From Raillietiella orientalis (Eukaryota): a stretch of DNA of 64,000 bases. Where the stretch lies: assembly GCA_036172245.1 (NCBI GenBank), contig JAYWIR010000006.1, forward strand, positions 3,906,001 through 3,970,000, given 5' to 3'. Positions 12,201 to 24,300 of this stretch are shown one piece after another. Each line of letters opens with the position of its first letter. Positions within the stretch are counted from its first letter, which is position 1. The translations under genes were made by a program, and so were the position numbers. Below the pieces are notes generated by a model. It was not told the DNA's origin and ran no database searches. It worked only from the letters and a program-made list of their open reading frames with translations.

Positions 12201-15200
12201 TTCGCGATGCGCGCAACGCGGGCCACTCGCCTCATGAAGGAAGAAGCGGCCATTCCTGCCTGGTTAAGGCTGGGGCCACTATGTATTCGGAATATGTACT
12301 CACCATACTACTCTTGGAATAGCACGCTATCCACACTGTACAGTACAGATTCATAGTGTCCATACTTTGTATACGGATATAGTATGTTATCAGTTCTGGA
12401 TAGCGCACCGTAGGCATCCGAGAAAGTCAACAATGCACTGCGTAACAATGCGCCAGCTCGAAATTTTTCAACAATGTGCGCAACAATGCTCTAATTTTTG
12501 CTCGACGTTTCGAACTGGGCAAACTGCTGCGGACAGAATGAAGAAAGCAAGGAAATGTCACAAATAAAGAAGGGGAAACAAAGCGTTCCACAGCCGATAA
12601 GCTTTCGGAATTTTGAGGGTAGGGGAAGTTGGCTCGGGTGTCATCTCGTGTGGGGAGGGAGTTACGGGAAGTTGCTCCCATAGCTTATGACAGTCAATTG
12701 AGTTCGGGGATTTGGAGAGTAGGGGAAGCCCGGTTAGGGTCTCATCTCGTTCATGGTTAATGTGCAGTTCTTCCATAGCTGCAGAGTCACCTGATTGCAT
12801 AGGCTGTGGGGCTACGGGACGGTGGCTGGATCCCTCCTCTTTTGTGGCTCTACATGAAGTTCCGTGACCACTTGAACGCGATGGAGAGACCCCCCCTTTC
12901 AGGAAGGGGAGGCTGTGTGATGGAGCCTTTGAAATCGAATCAGGAATTTGTCAGTAGGCGACGCTGTTGACACAGATCCATGTCCTCGCAAAGTCGAGGA
13001 ACGTTCCACAGCTTCTTAGTCATCTTATCTGAAAAAATCGAAGGGTAGAGAACGGTGTCACGAAGAAATCCTCCTCTTTGAGCGTTTCCGGGTGACAGGT
13101 GGTTCAGCGACAGAAAAGCACGATATCGCCGAAGAAGGGAATGGAGTCAGGGATACGTTCTGCCTCAAGCAAACGCACCGCTTCGCGTTCGTCAAAAACA
13201 GCAAATTGGACACGAAACGCCGTACAAGACAAGGCAATTTCGGTTGCTCAAGCAGGCACGCCCGCTTGACATCCCCGAAAAAGTTACTCAGAATTTTGCT
13301 TCGTTTCATCCGACTGTCGAGTTCCGGAAATTCGAGCGGACACTCTTGCTGCTACCAAACGCCACCGCAAACTGGTGAGGCGAGGGTTCCCATGGTGCAG
13401 GAACCTGTTTTCTCCCTCCAGCGCTGCTGTTTGTGCCTGGCTGTCCGTGTCTTGCATACTCCCGTCACGAAGTTCATCTCAGCTACAATCAAGTCATGGT
13501 TTTCCAGCTTCATTTAAGAATTTTTCCCATTCGTACACCTTATTTATCACTCCTCTGCCAGCAAAGAGTTGTACACTCAAGCCCTTTATCGCTACAGGCT
13601 CTTATTGTGGCAGACTGCTTCGTTGAATCGCAAGCTTTTTACATTCACGTTAAAATCTCCTTGTTTGTTCTTGGCAGTTTGATGAAGAAAAGCATTTAAA
13701 GGTGCTTCGAGAAAACTAAATACTAGATCAAAGTACATGGATACTATTCTGTGGATGTGGATACAATACAGTGTAAGTGGATACCATAATATCATCATGA
13801 ATATACACTTTACGTGATGCTGTGTATGTGAATGGATGCCATAAATACAGATAGCATACTACAGTACACAAATGCAAACTGTAAATACGAATGGAGGATA
13901 TTTTAGTGATCCTCTTCCATGTGAAGAAGTACTCTACTAGGCCTGTGGATTCCATAGGGCACATAAGCACACCATGCGATGTAAATCGTAATGGATACTT
14001 TAGATGGATGCTCCACAATGTGAACGACTGCTGTGCAATATCAGTGTACCGTACGCCTCATACGTACAGAGTGAGCGATTTCAAACCGACTCCTCTCGAG
14101 CCCGTCTTTGCGCCGTGGCTATCAGGATGGCCACGGCGCGATCTAAAAATGCAATCTAAAAATACACGGCGAGGGCCTGAAAGGCGACCCTCCTCAAGCC
14201 TGGACTTGCGACGAAAAATAGGGCGCAATGCATGAGGTGCGGCAGGAAGTCACAGGTAACTTCTTCAGTGCTCACTTTCGGGATGGCTTTAGGTGGTGGC
14301 CTACGCTGCCGTGTTGTCTGAATGTGTAGGTACACTGTGCTGTGTGTGTGTAGATTGGATGGATGCATGCATGTGTGCATACTTCCCAGAGGAGTTGACG
14401 TTCTTACTCTCGCGGGACGGCTTGTGGAACCACCGGGGGTGAGCCGCGGGCTGTACACCCCGGTTCCGTGTCTCGGAAGACGGTAGTCGGCACAGCGGTG
14501 TCCAGCACGTACCCGCGCTGCTTCTCAGCGCCCCTTTCCGCGGCTCCACCGGTTCAGCCGAACTCCCCCCACAGCAACAAGCAGGCGTTTCCATGCCTTG
14601 GGGCATGCCAGCGCCTACGTCGGTCGCACTAGACGGGAGACTTGCCTCCAGCAAAGAAACTTCCCTTTGAGCCCGGTTGAGCGCGACTGCGGTAACCTTT
14701 CCCCCCAGTGGCCCTGAAGTCTCGATCTGGTAGGGCTGTGAGGACGTGCGTCCCGCGCGCTAGATATTCGACAGCCTCCGGGATGGAGCCGCGGACGCCT
14801 CCACCCGCGGGTCGTCCCCTCGTGGGAGGTGGAAGGGGAAAAGGGGTCGACAGAAGAGACAGATGGGATCTCGGCGCTGTTTTTTTTTTTTTTTTTTTTT
14901 TTTTCCCCCCTCCCGTTCCGTCGGCCTTCCCGGAAGTCTTCTCGGTTCCGGAAAGCATCGGCAGGCGCTCTCTTCCGGGAAGGAAAGAGCTCAGCGCGGG
15001 CGTCGACCTCTCGCCTGCTCCCGGCAGCATCTCGGTGCCTCCCCCGGGCCGTAGGGAGGCGTAGCGTCGGAGGGGGTTCGCTGCCGGTTTTAGGAACGCG
15101 GGACCCCCGGCCGAGTCGGCGTAGCCACTAGGGGAAGGAGGGAAGCGGATCTTCACGGGAAGGGAGGGAGGGAGGACCCTTCTCCTTCTCGGGGAGCGGA

Positions 15201-15344
15201 GGATGAGGGAGGGGAAGAGCTGCCTCTCCCCCACGAGCTGCTCCGAGTCGCTCGAGGGCGATCGCGTCAGTCCATCTGCTGGAGACTCCCCCTCCCCCGC
15301 GGTGCGCCCAGCCGCAGCCACCGCAGCTGGGAAGAAGAGGGAAG

Positions 15345-18300
15345 ATGGACGGGTATTCTCTTCACCCCCCTCCTTCCCTATTTCTCCACTGTTCTGGTTC
15401 CCCTGCAATACGCCTGGCGGAAGGGGAACTTCCGGTACCTCACCGACCCATCGATCTGGGAGGGAAGGGAAGAGCGCGCGCGTCCAATAGGGGAGCGTCT
15501 GTCCGTCCTGGCCATCGATCGCCACGGCTCGTCCCATCCATCGCCGGAGGTGGACTTCGTCGATCCAACTCCTTCTCGGACCCGCGCGCCACAGCAGTTG
15601 CAGAGACCGCAGCCTCCTCTTCTCCCCCTCCTCTTCCTTTCCCAGAGTTGCCCACACTCACCCTCCCCTCCTTCCTGAGATCAGGACGCGCGTTCCTTCC
15701 CGAGCTGCCGCCGCTCCAGCGTCCTCCCGTTCATCCCCCTCTCCCTCTTTTTCATCTCCCTAAGTGGAGCCGCGGGATCGCCGGAGCGTTTTTCGGGACT
15801 TCGTCGGGAGGGACGAGCGCTTTTTCCGGGGACGTGACGATGACGTCAGCGTTAAACGGAGCGCATCGTTCAGAGACGGTCGCGTTTCAGAGTACCCGTG
15901 CCTTCTGTTCCACCTCGTCCTCATCCCCGTTTTATCCAACAAGACCGCCCCCATTTTCCCGTGTTCCTGTTCACCGCTCTCTCCCTATAACCCCACCCTG
16001 TCTCCCGCTCTCCCCTCTTACGCTTTGCTTTGCCTTCCCGTTTTTACCTCTCCCATTTCCCTCACCCTGTCCCGATTTCTCTCGGTCCTCCCCCCTCATT
16101 CCATTCTCCTAAGCTATTCTCATTATCTCCGTTCTCTTCGCCTCACATCCTCACCCCATCCTGTGAGAACTTCCTCATTCACATGCTGGACCTAAAGGAT
16201 GTCAGAGTCAATGGGGTCAGAGGTCAAGGAGCAAGGACGGGTCTGCACCTTTCTCTCCCATCCACTCTGCCCGTTGGTCTTGCACTTTCCTCCCCTCTCA
16301 TTTCCCCTCCCTCCAGTCCTTTCCCTGTCCTTCGCGTTTTGTTTTTTTGTCCCGGACTGCAGCCAGGAGTAGCGGCAGCGGGGCAGCCTGAGACGGGGGC
16401 AGCTGACCTCGCGTCCTCAACGAGTACATCCCTCAGACGGGCTGCTCGGGGAGGAAGGACAGTGGGACGGAGGGGGAGGAGTTAATGGGGAGAGGGGATA
16501 ACGGCGGTGCGGCATTCCCTGGTCCCGCTGCGCCCATTAAGAAGGGTTGCCGGGCAATGAAAAATTCATCTCTTGTGAAACGCCGCTCGTCGCCCAGCAT
16601 CCTCTGCCCCACTGGGGGAAGAGGAGGGGTGGGGAGAGGGAATGCTGGTTTCCTCCCTCTTCTCGCGGTCGAAGGAGGGGTGCAGCGGCGGAGGAACAGA
16701 AGCAGGGCAACCATGGCAACCCCTGCGGCGCTAGCGAAGTCGCCCCGCTTACGGCACAGAGTCCTCCCCGTCCTTGCCCGTCCTGCGGGCTTCAGGACGG
16801 GCAGCTCACACCTCCTCTTCCTGGTGAACAGGAGACCTCCCGTCCTGGGAGAGGGACAGTCGTGTGGCGAAAAGGAGGGAAGGGAGGTAATGCGACCACG
16901 CTGCGGCCCCAGCCCGGCGGGCAGTCGGCCTTTCCGGGAGACTCGACCGCGTGCGTCGGTCCGTACATGCAGGAGAAGGGATAGACTCTTGCGGCGCTCC
17001 CCGATTCCGGAGCCTCCGGTCGACTCGGCGGGAGGAAGAGGGAGATCCCTGGGAAGGGAAAGGGGAGAGCGGATCTCGGCTTTAGAGGGCATCCCACCCT
17101 CTTGAAGGTGAGAGAGGGGTGGCCTGCATCCCCTCCGGCGCGCGTAGCCCGAACATCCTCCTCCTCCCGCTCCCCCTCTTGCTTTCCCGTTCCGCGTCGC
17201 CGCGGGGAGTAGGCAGGTTCGCCTCCCGCCGAACGGGCCCTTTCCGGACGCCCGCTAATCCGGCTTCCATCTTTCCAGGAGGACCCCCTACGAGGAGTTT
17301 GAGATCGGCTCCATCCCGCAGACTCCTGAGTAAGTGACGCTGCAGCGGGTGAGGAAATCTCTTCCCTCTCCCCTCTTCTCTTCTCCCCTTTTCCTGCACT
17401 CTCGCACTTCCCTCTGCTCCTGCTTCCCGGCCTTCCTTCGCCGACCCGGACTAACTGCTCACTCGCAAAGACGAAGTTCCTCCTCAAACAGGCTCCCTGG
17501 AGACCCCACGGAGCTACAGCAAAGCCGGCCGTGACCGACGTGAACCCGTAGGGACAGGTCGGAGGAACCGACAAGAAGGAAGTGGAATGAAGGAAGAAAA
17601 CGGGGGATGGTGGCTTGCGCGCCCGTGCCCCCGAGGTGAACCAGGTTCTGGATCTGGTTTCTCGAGCCCGCGGCCCTAGGTCCGCCGTATCTTTTCTTCC
17701 CAACATCCCAGAAGGTTCCTTCCTCTGCAGCAGCCATCGTCTGGCGCATCCCTCTTTGTCGGAGGTGCTCCTCGGCGGGAAATGCTTCCTTTTCTTTCGC
17801 AGGTTCCTTTGGTGGATCTAGGAAGCCGCGAGCGCTGCTGTTCTCTTCGTTTACCACCGCATCTCAAGGGAAAGTTGGGGGAGGGGGGAAGGAACATCTG
17901 GGAAGAAGATGCATCGCTGTGCACAAATATTCCAACCACGATCTTCATCGTCGACATCTGTCGTGGCTTCGGTTCCTGCTGGGAAGGTCTGTTCTTCTTC
18001 GTTCAAGAATGGACGAATCCCCAGTGGGTGCCATTTATCGGGAGCTGCGGCACTGCGCCTGCAGCTCTCCGTCAACTGCTTCTCCTCCGGTATTCCGTAG
18101 TCGAAAACACCCATCTTCACGAGGAGACCCTGAAGAAACGGTCTGGACAACGGTCTTCCCCAACCAGGGGATCCCTTCCTGTCATCTTCAGGCCGCAGAG
18201 TTGGTTCCCTCTCAGCTTCCGTTTTAGAACAGAATCGCTTCGGCTCCCCTATTGCGGAAATTTTCTCAGGATGCACAAACAATACCGGTTCAGTGGTTAG

Positions 18301-21300
18301 TGGTTTCCAGGTTCCGCGGGAATGGCACGAGAAGGAAGGAATTCCTTCGGGAAAGAAACGGAAACAGAGTGAAGTCTTCAGAGCAAGTGCCATTTTTCCA
18401 CGAGGAGTGACCACGGAACAAGAAGACTGTAGACGAACTACTTACCTACAGCAGGAAAACAGCAATGCCAGTTGGCAAAGAAAGTTGCTTTTGTGGGAAA
18501 CCTAAGAACTTTGCAGTGGTTACATACGGGCCCATCCACTAAGAAGAGGTTGCCCCGAGTCAGTCGGTAATTCAGCAGCCAAGGCGGTTGTCTCATCATT
18601 CGAATGTGAATAAGTACTCATCAAGTACATACAGTTACACATGAGAAAGCGCATGTATGAAAATACACTTGGCTTACCAGCGACTCTTGCGAAAACATTT
18701 TGAAAGACAGCGGCAGCTCGGTTACCTCAACGGCTACACCGCAGGGTGTGCATTGGGTGTGAAATTCTCCAAGTACGCTGTGGAGGTGCAGTAAGCATTC
18801 ACGGCTTGAAACAGACGTCAGGGCTGTGAGATTTCGGACGACGCAGATGGAGGTGACCACCAGATGAACTGAAGAGGCGAGTGTCCGCAGGCAGCGCACG
18901 CGGCTACGAGCAGCGTCCGAAACAAATGAGGCACGGAGACGAAAACGCGAAGGGCGAGGAGGACGAGCCCTACGCAACAATGAAATCGGGTCGCATGGAA
19001 ACGGCAGAAACGAATCGTCGTGCTCAATAATGGGATGAAAAACCGCTCTAATCCGAAGCTTGCCGCATCGCCATGGCAACGCCGTGCGGCGCATAACCGT
19101 CTCGAGATACCGGGGTGCTCTTTGACTCCGTCGTGCCGCCCATGGCAGAAGGCTGCCCCCTCCCCTCCCTCCCCCCTGATTGAGTTTCCTTTCCGAGAAG
19201 GCAGTCTCTTTTCAGTGCTTTTGTCACCGCCCTTCAATTTATTCGTTTCTCTATCTCCTATTAGATCTCAACCATTTGATCCATCAGCTTCCGTCGTGGA
19301 TAGAGATATTCCGAGACTAAGGAAGATAGACACATATATTCGTCCAGAATGCCCCTGCTGTCCGAATATGAGCAAACGGTTCACTATGGCTATCATGGCA
19401 AGCATAGGTACGTGTCCAGAAAAAAAAAAAAAAACTGCCACTCTTTGCTCGAGTCTTGAGAGCGTGTTGGCTCACAGGAGACGTTCCTCGGGCTTTGTGA
19501 GTGGCAAAGCCGGAACTGAGTGACTGAGGGTGCGCGGACTTCCGGCATGACAGCCCTCTGTTCTTTTTGGAACGATTCGGCAAACATCTCTTTTACATGT
19601 GCGTGGCAATCGATGGGTTTCCTTGGAGAAGCAGGCCCCTCTTCTAGTTGGACTTGGGATAAACGTGTCTCGCATGAACCTATCTCTTCCGCACAAGGAA
19701 CGCATCAGGAAAAACACTTTTTTCCGTGTCGCTATACTACTTTTTTTTTTTTTTTTTTTTAAAAAAAAAGGGGAAAAAAAAACAGCTTGTGCCCTATTTG
19801 TGTGATCTCTGTTGACATAGAATGACACCGCTAATTACATCTACATAGCATCACATAAAAAGTTGGGCATGCAAGAGTCCAGAGTCTGGATTGCTGATTA
19901 CTTTACAGCAAGGACGGAAGTTTTTCTTAGTTTCTCCTTTTACAGGTGCTTAGCTATTTACCTTTGCCGTGAAATGCTCCCTCGACCCCGAAACTCGTCA
20001 ATTGTGGATCGAAACGGATCCGTTTCTTCGCTTCTGACCCGCCTGAGTTCGTGGGATGCTCTTCCTTTTCCCTAGAAGTTCTTCCCGTTTCAGGAGCAGA
20101 AGTGTTTCGATCGCTTGCTCCTGACCAAAGATGCTTCCTGCATGTTTCTAACAGGTCCACCGAGACTTTTTTGGATTCCGAGAGCAGGAGAAAAATTCAC
20201 CTACCCTGGGACGACGGATCCCAATTTTGACCTCAGACCTGAGGTTTGAAAACCCCGAAAGGAAATTTCTTTCCCCGGACTTTTCGATTCGGGGTTGTCG
20301 AAACATTTAGCGACAGCTGAGGGGTAGGGATGCTTGGCAGCCCTGCGGTACGAGTTTCAAACGTTTTACACATTTCCTGCTCGAATTCCCGCTCCTCAGC
20401 GAAACGAGACGTGGCAACCGTTGCGAAGGGATGCAGCGTTGCACAGGGGAAGACGAAATAAAGGCGTGGCTTTGGTATCCCGTCGCTTCAAAGTCTGCGG
20501 GCAGAGATCGGGGCGTGGTGCCTCTCCACTTCTGGATGCGGTTGTGTAGCCCCGACCCCCTGAGAGGGAAACGCGAAAAGCCCTCCTCGCCCTTTGGAGG
20601 AGGGCCCGACCACGACCCCAGTTTGCTTTCGGGCCTGCCTGCCTTCTCTTCGTGACATCCAGCGTGGCGACAGCTTGAATCCGCCTCGGGAAGACATCCA
20701 CGTGGGCTCCCCGCGGTTCTGGAGGAGTTCGCGCCCATGCCGGGATTTCTGGGAACACGGAGGACGCCCTCGCTGGGAAGGGCGTGCGCAGTGGTTGCGG
20801 CTCGACCGGGCGTGTTCGCGGACCCTGCGAACGAGTCGGGTCGGCTGGCAAAGTGCAGTTTAAAAAAAAAAAAATCCCCTTCAACGGTTCTTTTCGGCCT
20901 TCAGTCTGTGCGTTCGTTTCCTTCCGCCGCTGCGGTCCAGAATTCCCAGACGCTGGGGTAAACCAGACGGGAAGTGGACGATCCACGTGCGCGCTGCTGC
21001 TTGTGTGAGTGGTGGTGGCTCGAGGGAGGGAGTGTCGCGTCGTCCGCGGTGCAATCCGTTTCTCCAGGAAAAAAGAAAAATGGAGGCCACGCGGGAAGCG
21101 AGCGAAGCGCAGGAAAGGGAGGCCATCCGCGCGCGGCAGCAAATCGGGCCACGGGCCGCGGTGGAAACAAATCATCGTCTTGCTTCTCCACGAAAAATTT
21201 GCGCATTCTGTTTTCCCGAGGGATTCCTCGAGCATAAAAGTCGAGTTATTCGGGGAGGGCAGTTGGTTCGTCGCTCGCCTTTCTACTTAGGGCCGCAATA

Positions 21301-24300
21301 AGCTCCAGCGCTGCTTCGACTGACGTCGACCTGAAAATCCTCTCCTGTCGTTGCACGTTTGGCACGGTCTCGTGGAGATTCACAAATATGATCTTGTTCT
21401 GAAGCATTTCATTAAGATGTAGGAAACTGGGGGTTGGCGAATATATGGCGAGGGTTTCTGCGGAGTGAGGGGCGAAATCAGAATGAGGGTTCGGACTTGA
21501 GATGCGATGCGAGGAAAGATTAGGTAAATACTGTTGGAAAAGTAAGTGTGGATCTGCTTACATTAGATCACAAATTGAGAGAGATGGGAAGCACAGTTTG
21601 CATGAAATTACAGGCATTATAGATCGCATTCAAGTTGCCGAAAATCGGTCGATTGCGGAGGTGCGGAGTGCGTGTGACGTCACAAACGTCGCGAGTTTCG
21701 GGCTCCGAGCGAGCGCGTTTCTTGCCAGGTCGGTCAGGGGTCACGGTGCCATTTCTTGGAGATGCGAGAATTTGTCCCAGGTGGCGGAAGACAGATGGGG
21801 GTCGTTTTTGATAATCCACTGTTTTCCTTACCGTAAAAAGAACAAGGAGAAGAAAAAAAAAACGTATTTGTGGCGGCGTCGATTTTGCCAAACATCTTTA
21901 TTTTAACGTCTTGTGCCGAGGAAAAGGCGTCCTTCCTTAGACCGTAGCGTTCATCTCGGAGCGAGGTCCAACTGGAGATCCCTGATGCGCTTCCTAGTAG
22001 TTTGCTCACGGCTGTTGGCGAAATCTGCAGCTTTTTTGGTTGGCATTCTTTCCATGCATCCCGTGGATGTTTTTGTACGCTCGTATATTCAGGAATGTGT
22101 ATCAACATAATCCCCCCCCCCTTTTTTTTTTCCTTTTCCTCTTTTCGCATAGCTTCACTTCCGTTCTTGAAGTTTATTCCACAGATGTTGATACTCTGCA
22201 TCTTATTTTCACTCCTGCAACAGTTAGTGGTACAGTAATAAAATATTAGCAACAGACGCGTTTGGACTGTACACATAGTGTATAAACAAAGTAAGCAATT
22301 GCTGTACTTCAATCACAGCTCGCAAGGTTTTGTCTCGACAGCGACTTGTCGTTATGGTTAGTAGTCTGCTGACTTCCCAGTTGATCAAAAACCACAGACC
22401 GTGTGGTCTTTCATTCCAGGTTTCCTCATATCCTTCGGGATTCGCTGCAACCTTGGTGTGACGGTTGTCCAGATGACGGCCAATGTAACTGGAGAGGTAA
22501 GAGCTGCGTATGCGCGCGCGCGCGCGCCTTCTAGTCACTTCGGTGCACGTCAAAGAAGGGTTGAGGGTTTGCGTTTATCGCTCTGTCGATTCGATGTGAA
22601 AGATTTACCGAAGCGGAGCTACCGACGGGGTGAAACCATCATTTATTCTTCACTTATCTGGCGGTAACGACATCGCCGGCATGATTGAGGCCTTTCTTCG
22701 GAGCCTCCGTTCTTTTTCTCTCTCTCGTGCACACAGGCGCTGGAACCCAATAACTTTCCAAAGCCAGCATCAGTCAGGATAAAGCTTTCCCTGGAAATCC
22801 GGCTTCATCTTTCGGATCATCATCCTGACATCTCCGTCATCCCGGAGAAGGAGAAAACAAAAAGGAGAGAACAGCGTTTGGAAATCATCCTGGGATCAGA
22901 AGGAAATGATCTTTCCGGATCATATTTCAGCACTTCAAAAGAGACGCGTGCGCGCAAAAGCGTGAAGATCCAAGCAGTTTCGATAATCTTCCTGGGTAGG
23001 TGGCAGTCGAACGGAGAAGACTTCACCGGCGCTGCCCGCGCGCCGCATGCAAACCGACGGCGGATTTCGCTGCTACCCCTAGCAACGGCGGAAAGCCACC
23101 TGCTACGGAAGCTTTGTTGCCGTCCATGCGCATTTAAAAATAGCTCGCACCATTCTGGCAACAATAAAAGTCGACTTCTTTGTTTCGAGGTATTAATAGA
23201 TGCTGTACCTGTGCGTCACCGGTGGCAACAGGTTTCCAAGCTGCTCGTGCACGTCTCTCCGCGAAGTGTTCCTTCCGACTTCAACCGGCACAGTCAGCCG
23301 CCGCTGAAGGCGGCTGGCGCTTTCTCTGGAAAAATGCGCGGCGTTGCGACGCCGGCCTTCCTCGGGATGCCGTGGTGTTAACCCGAAAGCAAACGCTCGA
23401 CTCCACGACTCGAAGAGTGGAGGGCAGCGAACGTGGGGGGGGGGGGGGGGGGGAATCGGCAAACTGTAGTGAAACGGATCGGCTTCCCGCGCTCGCGAGG
23501 TCGATCCGCGGACACGAAGTGCAAACAGGAAGACAAAACCGCCTGCACAGATGGACGGAAGATTGCCTTCGTATGATCACCCTTTTCGAGCAAATATCAA
23601 ACAAAAACCTCGGAGAAGCAGGGAACAGCTTGGATGAGAAGGGGAGCTGGAGATGGGTTTGCCATGCGTTTCGCCACGGATTGTTCGAAGTGAAGCATGA
23701 AAAAAAAAAAAAAGGGAAGACATAAAAGAGAACTCCAGGAACGTCGGAGGTCGGAGCTATGACGTTCTTTTGCAGGCGGTGCGTGCTCTGTTGCCAGAGT
23801 TACTTCCAGGTGTTGCCGGAGGGATTTTTGTTTTGTTTTGCTTCTACTGGTAACATGTACGTGACGACTACTCTGGAGCTCGTTGAGACGATGGCCGTAA
23901 AACCTCCTCCTTCCTGTCTACGACACGGACTTCGATGAAATTCGGTTCACGTGGGAGCTGCAAAAAGCAGGCGGCACAGGCGCGCACCTCGCTGTTTTTA
24001 TTTTTCGATTTTTTTCCTTCTTTCTCTCATCTGTGCCACCTGCAGGGTCCGGAGTTCGACTGGTCTCGCCAGACCATAGGATTTATAGACAGCTCCTTCT
24101 TTTGGGGATACCTGATAACACAAGTGCCCGGTGGATTCCTGGCTTCCAAGGTGCCGGCCAATCGGTGAGGAAAGGTCACAACTCTCTTCCCGATGTCTGT
24201 GCGTATCCCTTTCTTTTATTCCAGGGTTTTCGGAAGTGCCATCGCAGCCTCCGCCTTCCTGAACCTCTTCATACCAGGAGCTGCGAAGTTGCATCCCGCT

